Below, one piece after another: positions 25,746-34,381 of a stretch of DNA of 54,596 bases (position 1 is its first letter; every line of letters begins with the position of its first letter). Both the position numbers and the translations under genes were made by a program. The DNA is from Bacteroidales bacterium GP2 (lineage in GTDB: Bacteria; Bacteroidota; Bacteroidia; Bacteroidales; Muribaculaceae). The notes beneath the pieces are model-generated. The model saw nothing but the letters and a program-made list of their open reading frames with translations. It made no database searches and was not told where the DNA came from. Location of the stretch: positions 30,545 through 85,140 of the forward strand of contig DAAJ01000122.1 in assembly GCA_001701115.1 (NCBI GenBank), given 5' to 3'.

Positions 25746-26818
25746 TCAGTTCTTCGGGTGCTCAAGTGCTTCCATTGATTTGTCTATCGGAGTATTTACC
25801 CAGTCTTCAACATTGACGGTAAATTTGATGTCGCCCTGAAGTACCGGAGTACCGGGATTCGGGTCATCAGGATCAGTGTATCCTGCACCTAATGTGAAGT
25901 CAAGAGTATAGACATAACGCTTGCCAGCTTCCCATGTACCGTCCAGAGGTATTGCAACCCATCCGTAGGTCCTTGTGTCACCGTGGAAAGGATAAACCAC
26001 ATCGCCATCCGCGGTAGTGATTCTTACATATACTCCCAAGTAAGCCTCACGTGCAACATTGTCAGGGTCATTGATAGGGCTCCATGGAGTCAATGTCTGC
26101 GGAATAAGCATTGCGTTACCTGATTTGCCCATGATTGAAACAGCGTCTGAGCCAAGCACTGTAGATGAGCAATATGAAGTGTACACTGCGGTATCGTGCC
26201 AGTCGTCAAGAGTCCATTTGGATGTGCTGAAATCAAATGTGCCCATATACTGTGCACGTCCGATTCTTACGCCGGCAACCTCATATTTGTATGCGGTGTT
26301 GTCGGTTCTTGCCATAAGTTCGATTTGTGATAGCTGGTGGCTGAAATTCAACTGCACGCCGCTTGTTTCATTTGCTTTCTTGGTGCCGGTAGCTGTTGCA
26401 GTGATAAAATCCACTTGATCTGCAATGCTGTCAGCAACCACAAAGCCTGTCATCTCTTTCTTGTCGGCGGTGATGTTAACGTCTGCGCCAAGTTCATCCT
26501 GCGACGGTGCATAAGCATAGAAAGTCAGCTCACGGTTGTCGCCAGGCCAGTAATAGACCGGAGATGAAGTAAAGAAGCCTGTAGAGCCTTTTACAAAATT
26601 CAGATTAGCGAAATAATCTGCCGTGCTACTGCCATCCAATGCGGTGACTAAATTGAGGTCAAGTTGGCATTGGTTACTTCCGATGCACGGGATGTTGTCA
26701 TTGCCGGACGAAAATCAATTGCTTCGCCATCGGTCTTGCGCAAGTTAGGTTCTTCATCAGAACAAGCCGCCAATGAAACGGCAAGTGCGCCAAGCATAAA
26801 GAGATAAGACTTTTTCAT
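25746..26818 (-). pseudogene. fimbrillin (Mfa-like, type V pilus) family lipoprotein gene interrupted by a frameshift
   Basis: A lipoprotein N-terminus (MKKSYLFMLGALAVSLAACSDEEP..., 26818 down to TAG at 26648-50) is out of frame with the 297-aa fimbrillin body (25746-26639), which has no ATG and only a TTG start. Both frames are open across 26651-26714. Confidence 0.6.
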
Positions 26819-26875
26819 TGTTTTATAGTTTTAGTGTTTTATGTTTCTTTTATAGTTGCTTTATAGTATAACAAA

Positions 26876-27844
26876 TTACATGTCCAAATGGATGTCAACT
26901 CTTTGCCATGGATTTACATCTGCGGTGAATCCACCCGGTTCTCCTTTGCTTTTTGGCAGGGTCACACCGCTGATTATTATAGTCACATGGTGCGGGTCAG
27001 GAGCATTGTGAATCTGTTCAGTAACATCAAAATCGCAGTACCAGCGTGACCCGTCAGCGAGGTTGATGTAAAGCGACAAGGTGTCCTTGTGGTTTCTCTG
27101 CGGTGACTCACCGAATGTCAGGAAACTTCCGTCAAGTTCATGCTCGGGGGCATCTGCCGTGAGCACGAAGGGCATTGTCACATTATCTTTTCCTGATGCC
27201 TGCTGCCCATGCATGAACCCTTCCGCCAGTCCTGACAAGATTGCATCAACCTTACTGCCGCTGAGGCTGTCGATATTCTCGACATCAAGAACCTTTACCG
27301 TATAATGGCAAACAGCTTCCTCCGGATATAGGGTCAGCACCTTTTTAGTGTTATAATCAGCCGATGAAATCTGAAATCCGTCCACTCTGTCGCTCCATAA
27401 CATACCCGGAGTCTCGACAATCTTAGTGGTTTCGTTATCATCTTCCGTCCTGCTGACATGAGCGCTGTAGGCACTGCCGGCAACAACCGGATGAACCTCA
27501 TGTGTTATAGTTTCAAAATTGTCAATATCGCCTGTATTTGTATCGTATGCCCAGTCGGTATCATCGGCATTCATTGCAATGGAATTATATTTCCCGTATG
27601 GCAGGCGTATTGTGCCGCCGTCACGTCCGGAAAAAATAAATCTTATAGGTGAGCCTCCTTTCTCCTCAAACAGGTAGAGCACCATCGATTCTGGATTTGC
27701 ATCAGGAGCATTACGCCAGTCAAACACTACTTCTATCTCCTGGTAACTGAGTTCCTCTTCATACAAATCCTTGTGGTGACAAGATGTGCTCACCAAAGCA
27801 ATGAAGCCAGCGGCTAACAAGCCTTTTAATGCAGGATGTTTCAT
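26876..27844 (-). CDS. DUF5119-like lipoprotein (pilus-operon accessory or anchor candidate)
   Basis: 322 aa with lipobox VSTSC. EIEVVFDWRNAPDANPESMVLYLF resembles the DUF5119 family. ATGA overlap with the upstream gene. Confidence 0.65.
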   Translation of the reverse strand: MKHPALKGLLAAGFIALVSTSCHHKDLYEEELSYQEIEVVFDWRNAPDANPESMVLYLFEEKGGSPIRFIFSGRDGGTIRLPYGKYNSIAMNADDTDWAYDTNTGDIDNFETITHEVHPVVAGSAYSAHVSRTEDDNETTKIVETPGMLWSDRVDGFQISSADYNTKKVLTLYPEEAVCHYTVKVLDVENIDSLSGSKVDAILSGLAEGFMHGQQASGKDNVTMPFVLTADAPEHELDGSFLTFGESPQRNHKDTLSLYINLADGSRWYCDFDVTEQIHNAPDPHHVTIIISGVTLPKSKGEPGGFTADVNPWQRVDIHLDM

Positions 27845-29097
27845 TTTCTACCTCCTTTCATACGATTGTAATTGTCATGTCCGAGCAACCACACAAGTGA
27901 GACCTCGGCTTTTGTAGGACCAAACCATCTCATGGTCTTAGTTGCCTTCCACACATAAAAATCATGGTCAGGAACATACTTGATATATTTGCCGCCCAGA
28001 TAGCCGAATCCAATTGTAAAGTCTATATTAAGGTGTTTGCTGAGTGGGAGCGAGTATCCGTACTCGATTCCGCCCATTATATTGCATCTGTCCCAGAGGG
28101 TACGTCCGGGCAGTCCGCCCATATAGCCAGTTCCACCCATTTCAAAGTCGTATGTAATTACTCCTGCATATACCCCAAGGTGATGACCGGTCAACGGTTT
28201 TGCCTCAGCTGCGCGTCCAAACCATTTCCTTACTGCGATGTCACCTCCGTAAGCTCTCCAGTAGCGGTGGCTCTTGTCATTGTCCCACCAACCGTAAATC
28301 CAGTTGCCCGCAATCGACCAGTTTTTTCCAAGATAAAATTCCGCGCCGATATTTGGAAGGGCAAGTGCATCATACAGCATATTGGTGCTTAGTGACATAT
28401 AAAATGGCTTACGCTCTTTTTCCGGAGAAAATGCAACGGGGTTTACCACTTCGGGAACTGCCGGCTGCAAATCGAAAGCAGTTGCCCCGGGAAGATAATC
28501 AAGCATCCTCCTTAAATTGTAAATGGCATATATCCTTGAAGCGCGGAGTGCCGGAAACATTTTCTGATACATATAACTGTAAGGCACGCCACCATGCAAT
28601 GCTTTCAGTTTTGCCAGAGTTGCCGGAGTGTCAATTCCGCTCTCTTCAACAGATGACCTTATTTCACCGAGAAGCGACAACACATCATCACGGTACGGCA
28701 ACTCATCATCTGCGAGTGCCATGTTGTACAAACCGTTCCAATCTCTACCCACCCACTCATAATCAGTAAGTGAATCAGGCACCTGTGCCCGTGATGAAAT
28801 ATAATGGAAGAGGCTGTCGGCGCGACGCTGCGATAACCTGTGGTTAATACCCACGGAACCTTCAGGCGATGCGGCACCGACTACAAGAATTTTTTTCAAA
28901 GTCATATTATTCCGGTTCCCGTTCATTGTTGCGACTATGCTGTCAAGCGCAGCCTTATTGCCGCCAAGTCCCGGTTCAATCCTTGATTTGCCTTGACGGA
29001 AATGAATCAGGGCTGAATCCTGCCGCTCCTGTCCGAGGCTTTCAAAGCTTGCCGAACAGCAAGCAAGGAGTGTCAATATGAGTAAGAAGTGTTTCAT
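27841..29097 (-). CDS. OmpA-like (DUF3868-like) N-terminal domain fused to a DUF3575-like outer-membrane beta-barrel
   Basis: 418 aa with a signal peptide. It has an OmpA-type motif (GAASPEGSVGINHRLSQRRADSL). The C-terminal half is rich in alternating aromatic/Gly beta-strands (NIGAEFYLGKNWSIAGNWIYGWW). Confidence 0.65.
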   Translation of the reverse strand: MKHFLLILTLLACCSASFESLGQERQDSALIHFRQGKSRIEPGLGGNKAALDSIVATMNGNRNNMTLKKILVVGAASPEGSVGINHRLSQRRADSLFHYISSRAQVPDSLTDYEWVGRDWNGLYNMALADDELPYRDDVLSLLGEIRSSVEESGIDTPATLAKLKALHGGVPYSYMYQKMFPALRASRIYAIYNLRRMLDYLPGATAFDLQPAVPEVVNPVAFSPEKERKPFYMSLSTNMLYDALALPNIGAEFYLGKNWSIAGNWIYGWWDNDKSHRYWRAYGGDIAVRKWFGRAAEAKPLTGHHLGVYAGVITYDFEMGGTGYMGGLPGRTLWDRCNIMGGIEYGYSLPLSKHLNIDFTIGFGYLGGKYIKYVPDHDFYVWKATKTMRWFGPTKAEVSLVWLLGHDNYNRMKGGRK

Positions 29098-29283
29098 ATA
29101 AATTGTGCAGTTTGTGACAAATCAAATAAGGGAAACCGGCTCACAAACAGTATAGTTGCTTATAGCTGTGACTAATATTGACGGTGTGTCAAATCTCTCT
29201 CATCTGACTTTCTAACAAGGCTAATCAAAAAATAGTTTAAAAAATATTTTCTGAACAAAACGCCCGGAAAGGTGTTTGCACCA

Positions 29284-29319
29284 CAAAAAAATTGGAGGCG
29301 GGAATCATCCTGCCTCCAA
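29284..29319 (-). terminator. intrinsic terminator of the MFS transporter gene
   Basis: 12-bp stem (29292-29303 with 29308-29319) and a 4-nt loop. On the minus strand it is followed by a T7 run (complement of 29285-29291). Confidence 0.8.
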
Positions 29320-29344
29320 CTTTATAATGACGCTATGGTATGGA

Positions 29345-30808
29345 TTACATATCGACTGTCATGGACTCTGCCTCTTCTGTTTCGGCAGAACTCTTTATGT
29401 TTGGTTTTTCAAGACCATAGTTATGCTTGGAGTTGAGCACTTTGAGCCAGAGGGCGAAAATAAGGGCGGCAACACCGAATCCGGCAAACATCAGCATGGG
29501 ATTTGTATAATTGTAATCCATCGGATCAACACCCACATTTGATGCTTCAAGGATTTTACCGAACAGGATAGGCACACCGAAGAGACCGATGTTCTGAACC
29601 CAGAAGATGAGTGAATAAGCGCTGCCGAGGTAACGTGAATCCATTACTTTGGGCACTGAAGGCCAAAGTGCCGCGGGAACCAGTGAGAATGAAATGCCGA
29701 GCACAATGATTGTTGCGAGGGCAAGTCCCTGGCTGGGCACTGAGGGAAGCACGAGCGCAAACACAAGGTGACAGCAAATCAGAAGGATGGAACCGATAAT
29801 AAGCATCGTAGCACCTTTGCCCACTTTGTCAAGGAAATATCCGAGCGGCGGAGTGAGAACAAGAGCGCCAATGGGGAACCAACGCAGAATATCAGCTGCG
29901 GTAACATCGTTGATGTGTAGGTTGCACTGGAGCATATTTGTGCCGAAACGCTGGAAAGGGAAGATAGCGGAATAGTAAAGAACGCAAAGAAGCGCGATAA
30001 TCCAGAAAAGTTTGCTCTTAAGCAGATTGCTTACATCGCTCACCTTAAATTCATCCTCGCCTCCTGCTGCTTTCTGGTCTGCACCGGTCTGTTTGTCAAG
30101 GCAAGTATCCATAAAAGTGAACACTATGTAATTGATTAGACCGATGAAAAGGAGTGCGGTGCAGAATGCAACCGGCGGAACAACCGAAGGATCATTTGCT
30201 CCCCACCACTCTGAAAGGCGCGGCGAAATAGACAGCACTGCAAACACGCCAAGACGTGCGATTGCCATTTCAATACCCATGGCAAGAGCCATTTCCTTGC
30301 CTTCAAACCATTTAGCAATCGCTTTGCTGACAGTGATACCCGCCATTTCGCAACCGCAGCCGAAAATCATGAAACCAAAAGCCGCAAGTTTAGCGCTTCC
30401 CGGCATCGCAGTCCACCATGAGCTGAGCCACTGGTCAAAGGCTGTGCCGGCAAACCAGCTGCTCACAGCATATAATTTAATCACTGCACCGGCAACCATT
30501 ACCGATGCCGACAAAACACCGGTGAAACGGATTCCCATTTTATCAAGGATAATACCCGCCACGATAAGGAAGCCAAACACATTAAGCATATATTCCGCGC
30601 CGGCATAGTTACCGAACGCGCTTGCCGACCACTTGAGAGGAGCTTTTTCAAGAAGACTCTGAAGCGGAGACATGACATCGACAAACATATACGCGAAAAA
30701 CATCATTGATGCAATAAGAATCAATGCAAGCCATCTCGCCCAAGCTTTGTCATTAAGGAGCTGCGTCACCGCCTGCTTTGCCCCTGTTTCTACTTTTTCC
30801 ATTGCCAT
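29345..30808 (-). CDS. MFS transporter
   Basis: About 12 TM helices. I prefer the start at ATG 30808 (MAMEKVETG...) because a TAnnTTTG motif at 30851-58 lies inside the longer ORF-track version (start 30904). Confidence 0.8.
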   Translation of the reverse strand: MAMEKVETGAKQAVTQLLNDKAWARWLALILIASMMFFAYMFVDVMSPLQSLLEKAPLKWSASAFGNYAGAEYMLNVFGFLIVAGIILDKMGIRFTGVLSASVMVAGAVIKLYAVSSWFAGTAFDQWLSSWWTAMPGSAKLAAFGFMIFGCGCEMAGITVSKAIAKWFEGKEMALAMGIEMAIARLGVFAVLSISPRLSEWWGANDPSVVPPVAFCTALLFIGLINYIVFTFMDTCLDKQTGADQKAAGGEDEFKVSDVSNLLKSKLFWIIALLCVLYYSAIFPFQRFGTNMLQCNLHINDVTAADILRWFPIGALVLTPPLGYFLDKVGKGATMLIIGSILLICCHLVFALVLPSVPSQGLALATIIVLGISFSLVPAALWPSVPKVMDSRYLGSAYSLIFWVQNIGLFGVPILFGKILEASNVGVDPMDYNYTNPMLMFAGFGVAALIFALWLKVLNSKHNYGLEKPNIKSSAETEEAESMTVDM

Positions 30809-30850
30809 TGTTAAGAAAATGAATTTTGTAAATGAATATGAATTATTATG

Positions 30851-30858
30851 CAAAGTTA
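30851..30858 (-). promoter_or_regulatory. TAnnTTTG promoter motif (TAACTTTG on the minus strand) for the MFS gene
   Basis: 43 nt upstream of the ATG at 30808. Confidence 0.55.
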
Positions 30859-30949
30859 AATAAAATTCCATAAATCCGGGATTTAAACGCAACCTTCCTT
30901 GCATTACAGGCGTTGAAAGAGAAACATTAAACTATAAAACACTAAAGAG

Positions 30950-31336
30950 ATGGAGAATTATCAGCAAAAAGCCGCACAGGAAGCCGCACAGGTTAGCCTT
31001 GACGCAGCAAAATTAGCAGCGCAGGAAGAAATTGCCGCTGCAGAACAACAGGCAAGTGAAACAACCGCCGATGCAAAGAGCGCTTTTGAAGCGACTAAAG
31101 AACAAGCCGCAGCAAAATTGCAGGATGTGAAAACCCAAGCCGCAGCACAGGTTGCCGCAGCACAAGATAAACTCAATGACCTTATGGATCAAGCCGGTGA
31201 CAAGTTCAACGACTTCAAGGAACAAGCCGGAGAAAAAGTCGGCAGTTTTACCGACAAACTAAAGGACGTTGCCGCAGACCTTTTGGAAAAAGGCGCAAAC
31301 ACCGCGCACAACCTTGCGGACAAGCTAAAAGATTAA
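30950..31336 (+). CDS. Ala/Gln/Lys-rich helical repeat protein (LEA/YtxH/apolipoprotein-like), no signal peptide
   Basis: 128 aa low-complexity amphipathic repeats (AAQEEIAAAEQQ..., KFNDFKEQAGEKVGSFTDKLKD). Its composition resembles that of the lipoprotein at 9882-10427. Confidence 0.55.
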   Translation: MENYQQKAAQEAAQVSLDAAKLAAQEEIAAAEQQASETTADAKSAFEATKEQAAAKLQDVKTQAAAQVAAAQDKLNDLMDQAGDKFNDFKEQAGEKVGSFTDKLKDVAADLLEKGANTAHNLADKLKD

Positions 31337-31362
31337 GGCAGATAACACTTTTTTCATAGAAG

Positions 31363-31404
31363 CAATGCGTGTGGAAAACCGTTTAAGGCAATCCACACGC
31401 ATTG
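31363..31404. terminator. bidirectional terminator hairpin (13-bp perfect stem)
   Basis: CAATGCGTGTGGA (31363-75) pairs with TCCACACGCATTG (31392-404). It lies between convergent genes. Confidence 0.75.
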
Positions 31405-31429
31405 TAGTTTACAAATAAATTAATGCGCC

Positions 31430-33604
31430 TTATAGTGCCGGCATAATGTCTATTTCAGCAATTACGCCTGGATTTGAATCGGCGGTTTCAACAGGAGTAA
31501 TGCGGATAACAGAAGCCTTTACCTCCTTAGGTAGGACATAAAGCCTCGGAGTGGGGTCATTTATAAGATTTCCAAGTTCCCACACGCCAACTTCCTTGAA
31601 CTTCTTGCCGTTGTCGCTCACTTCTACCTTTGCTTTTGCAATAGCACCTTTTGCAGACTTCGCCGGAGTGTACTGAATAGCCCCGACGGGGAGTTTCGAG
31701 CCCAATTCAATTACTATTGCAGGTTCTTCCTCAGTAGCAATCCAACCGGTTGAAACATTTTCATCAATCGCGCCTGCACCTTTTTCAGAGGTTTTCATAC
31801 GGTTTTTAGCATATCCGATTCTCTGCTCAAGGAGCGCGCCGGATGTTCCGTCGGCAAGGAAAGCCTTTGCTTTAAGCACCTTGCCTTCCACCATAAGGGA
31901 ATCAGGGAATACGGGGCTTGAAGCATCCGGCATGGTGCCGTCCAAAGTATAATGCACTTCAAAGGGACTGAACATTGCAGCAGAAGCGTCTTTGGGTGCG
32001 TTATGCCAGTTAAATTCCGAGCGTTTCGGGAAAATTTTCACTTCTCCCGCTGTGCTGCGTCCGCTTTCCAGCTGCGGCGCGCCCGCTTTATAATAATGTC
32101 CGGAAATTACAGACAACTCCGGCTGAAGCCTTGATGACAGGACTTTAACCCTGAAAGCATCAGCTTTAATTTCCGGGAAACGGAGAATGCGCTTGTGCCC
32201 GATATTGGTAGCTTTGGCAACAACCTGCCATTTGCCGTCAATCTTAGCCTCAAGCTGGTGCTCTTCAACTCTTTCACCGGATTTTTCAATAGGTTCCTTG
32301 AGAGTTACACGGTTTATAGTAACAGCCTCAGGGAGAGTCACGGTATATGTGGGATATGTTTCCCCGGGGAGGATTTCAGAGGTAACTTTTGCACCTGCAA
32401 ACAGGTCCGGTTCATAAGTTGCCTTGATTCTTCTGCCCACCTCTTCGAGGACTCCAACATCCTCAGCATCAAAACGTCCGTCTGGTGCAGGAGGAATATT
32501 TAGCAGGAGCACAGCATTGCCGCCGACAGATCTTTCGTAGATGTCAAATACATCATCTGCATTACGTACTTTCTGGGTATTGTCGTCACGGAAGAACCAT
32601 CCCTCCCTGATAGAGGTGTCGGTTTCCGGATACTGGTAGTGGAGGTATTTGCCATCCATGAGCTTTGCGCGTGAACCGAGGTCTTCCGCCCTCAAGTCAC
32701 CGAAAGAGGTCATTGTGTCCGGGTTTGCCGCAAATGGAATTACGTTCCATTCGGTATCCCTTGTGTTTCCGGCTTCATTACCGCACCATCTGACATCCTC
32801 ACGCCCAAACACAACAGCATTTGGTGCAACAGTGTGAATGAGTTCTTTCCATGCAGGATAATTGTATGTCTGACCGCCTTTACGCTTAGGATGAGCCCCG
32901 TCAAACCACACCTCATCAATAGGACCGTACTCAGTTAGAATCTCAAACAGCTGGTTAAGGAAATACTCATTATAGTCATCAACTACAAATTCAAATTTGG
33001 TCTGGTTTTCAAAAGGTCTGCCCTCCACTTCACGCGGAATAACGCGTTTTGTTTTCGGACTAAGGTTACCATACAACCCCTCCTCGTTTTCAATCTGGTA
33101 AAGATCGGCAGGAGACAGATATACGCCCAGTTTAAGACCATATTTATGCGCGGACTCCGAAAGTGACTTCAAAATATCACCTTTGCCGTCCATAAAAGGA
33201 GAGGACATGATGCCATGCTTGGTGTAGCGGCTCTGCCACAACACATAGCCGTCATGGTGCTTTACTGTGAGAATAACCATTTTCATTCCGGCATCTTTCA
33301 TAGCCTTGACCCACTGGTCAGTATCAAGCCCGGTTGGATTAAACAGGTCGGGGCTCTCCTTACCGGTGCCCCATTCGCGGCGGCTGAATGTGTTAGGTCC
33401 GAAGTGGACAAATGCTATGAACTCACGGTCAAGACCTTCCGCCTGCTGCTTAGTTGGCACAACGTGTGCCGCCTTTGCAATTATCACTTCTGGAGAATCG
33501 CCCGCATTGATTTTGATTGTGGGTGCAAACGGTATGGTGTCCTGCGTCGCCATAACAGGCAGCGCACAGAGCATGCCGAAAAATGATGCAATAATTTTAT
33601 TCAT
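31430..33604 (-). CDS. alpha-L-fucosidase (GH29) with C-terminal F5/8 type C (discoidin/CBM32-like) domains
   Basis: 724 aa with a signal peptide. GH29 core motifs (FGPNTF, VKHHDGYVLWQS, WFDGA) and a C-terminal discoidin-like region. Confidence 0.85.
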   Translation of the reverse strand: MNKIIASFFGMLCALPVMATQDTIPFAPTIKINAGDSPEVIIAKAAHVVPTKQQAEGLDREFIAFVHFGPNTFSRREWGTGKESPDLFNPTGLDTDQWVKAMKDAGMKMVILTVKHHDGYVLWQSRYTKHGIMSSPFMDGKGDILKSLSESAHKYGLKLGVYLSPADLYQIENEEGLYGNLSPKTKRVIPREVEGRPFENQTKFEFVVDDYNEYFLNQLFEILTEYGPIDEVWFDGAHPKRKGGQTYNYPAWKELIHTVAPNAVVFGREDVRWCGNEAGNTRDTEWNVIPFAANPDTMTSFGDLRAEDLGSRAKLMDGKYLHYQYPETDTSIREGWFFRDDNTQKVRNADDVFDIYERSVGGNAVLLLNIPPAPDGRFDAEDVGVLEEVGRRIKATYEPDLFAGAKVTSEILPGETYPTYTVTLPEAVTINRVTLKEPIEKSGERVEEHQLEAKIDGKWQVVAKATNIGHKRILRFPEIKADAFRVKVLSSRLQPELSVISGHYYKAGAPQLESGRSTAGEVKIFPKRSEFNWHNAPKDASAAMFSPFEVHYTLDGTMPDASSPVFPDSLMVEGKVLKAKAFLADGTSGALLEQRIGYAKNRMKTSEKGAGAIDENVSTGWIATEEEPAIVIELGSKLPVGAIQYTPAKSAKGAIAKAKVEVSDNGKKFKEVGVWELGNLINDPTPRLYVLPKEVKASVIRITPVETADSNPGVIAEIDIMPAL

Positions 33605-33632
33605 GGTAATTAATAGGGTTGCAAACTATCTG

Positions 33633-33640
33633 CAAATATA
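33633..33640 (-). promoter_or_regulatory. TAnnTTTG promoter motif (TATATTTG on the minus strand) for the fucosidase gene
   Basis: 29 nt upstream of the ATG at 33604. Confidence 0.6.
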
Positions 33641-34059
33641 CGCAATTTTGGCTAAGATACCTCCACCCGCACCCAAAAAGGTGCATGGCGGAGGCATGAT
33701 ATACGTCTATGTAAAAGGATTGAACACAATGCAGACAATATGCAAAAGGAACTCAATATGCACCGCCTGTCCGTATTTCCTTATAAACTTCACCGGTTGG
33801 AAAGGTGAACGGCTATCCAATATATCCAGGAATCGATATTGTCTGTGATTTCAGTTGGGTATGGCAGTGGAATGGTTACATAAGAGCAAAAGTGTACAGG
33901 GCTGTGAAAGATTTCACTGACTTATATGTAAAACCATTCGGTTTCAAAAGATATAGAATCAAAATCCTGCCACATAAACAACATATTTGTGCCGCCAATG
34001 CTTAAAGGGAGCATATAATGCCTGATGCAAACATTGCATATAAATGTGATATAAAAGAT

Positions 34060-34099
34060 GGAGGTTGCGCCCAATAGGACACAACCTCCCCTGTTTTTT
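34060..34099. terminator. intrinsic terminator downstream of the ferredoxin gene (bidirectional potential)
   Basis: GGAGGTTG (34060-67) pairs with CAACCTCC (34082-89). There is a T-rich tract on both strands. Confidence 0.7.
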
Positions 34100-34114
34100 C
34101 TAAGCCTATGAAAT

Positions 34115-34282
34115 TTAGCCCGGAATAATTGCTTCGCTGGGGCAAACTTCTGCGCAAGAACCGCATTCGATGCAGGTGTCGGGATCGATGTGGTAGATAT
34201 CGCCCTCAGAGATAGCTTCTACAGGGCAAACAGGAAGACAGGTGCCGCAAGCGACGCATTTGTCGGTAATAACGTATGCCAT
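34115..34282 (-). CDS. 2x[4Fe-4S] clostridial-type ferredoxin (55 aa), below the ORF-track cut-off
   Basis: Hand translation: MAYVITDKCVACGTCLPVCPVEAISEGDIYHIDPDTCIECGSCAEVCPSEAIIPG. It contains two CxxCxxCxxxCP motifs. Confidence 0.9.
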   Translation of the reverse strand: MAYVITDKCVACGTCLPVCPVEAISEGDIYHIDPDTCIECGSCAEVCPSEAIIPG

Positions 34283-34330
34283 AATTGCAATTGGATAATT
34301 TAGTTATACGAATATAGTATTAATACAATG

Positions 34331-34338
34331 CAAAAGTA
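34331..34338 (-). promoter_or_regulatory. TAnnTTTG promoter motif (TACTTTTG on the minus strand) for the ferredoxin gene
   Basis: 49 nt upstream of the ATG at 34282. Confidence 0.55.
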
Positions 34339-34381
34339 GGAAGAATCTTTGAACTTGCAACACTCAGCACTAATTTTTTTC

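Noticed and set aside
29098-29283. A possible invertible (phase-variable) promoter upstream of the pilus operon, including the 8-bp inverted repeat GTTTGTGA/TCACAAAC (29110-17 and 29141-48).
   Set aside because: The repeat is only 8 bp with a 23-nt spacer, so it is a small 5'-UTR hairpin. There are no long inverted repeats flanking a 150-400 bp segment and no recombinase gene nearby.
33267-34005. The ORF-track ORFs 33267-33848 and 33805-34005 (plus strand) near the fucosidase start and the long intergenic region.
   Set aside because: The first is largely antisense to the fucosidase N-terminus. The second starts at GTG, has a Trp/Tyr-rich odd composition, and has no promoter motif or recognisable domain. 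I treat both as non-coding.
34018-34077. A 19-codon mini-ORF (MPDANIAYKCDIKDGGCAQ) preceded by AGGGAG, with its stop inside the terminator loop.
   Set aside because: It is too short, there is no conservation evidence, and Shine-Dalgarno pairing is little used in Bacteroidetes. The hairpin is better explained as the ferredoxin terminator.
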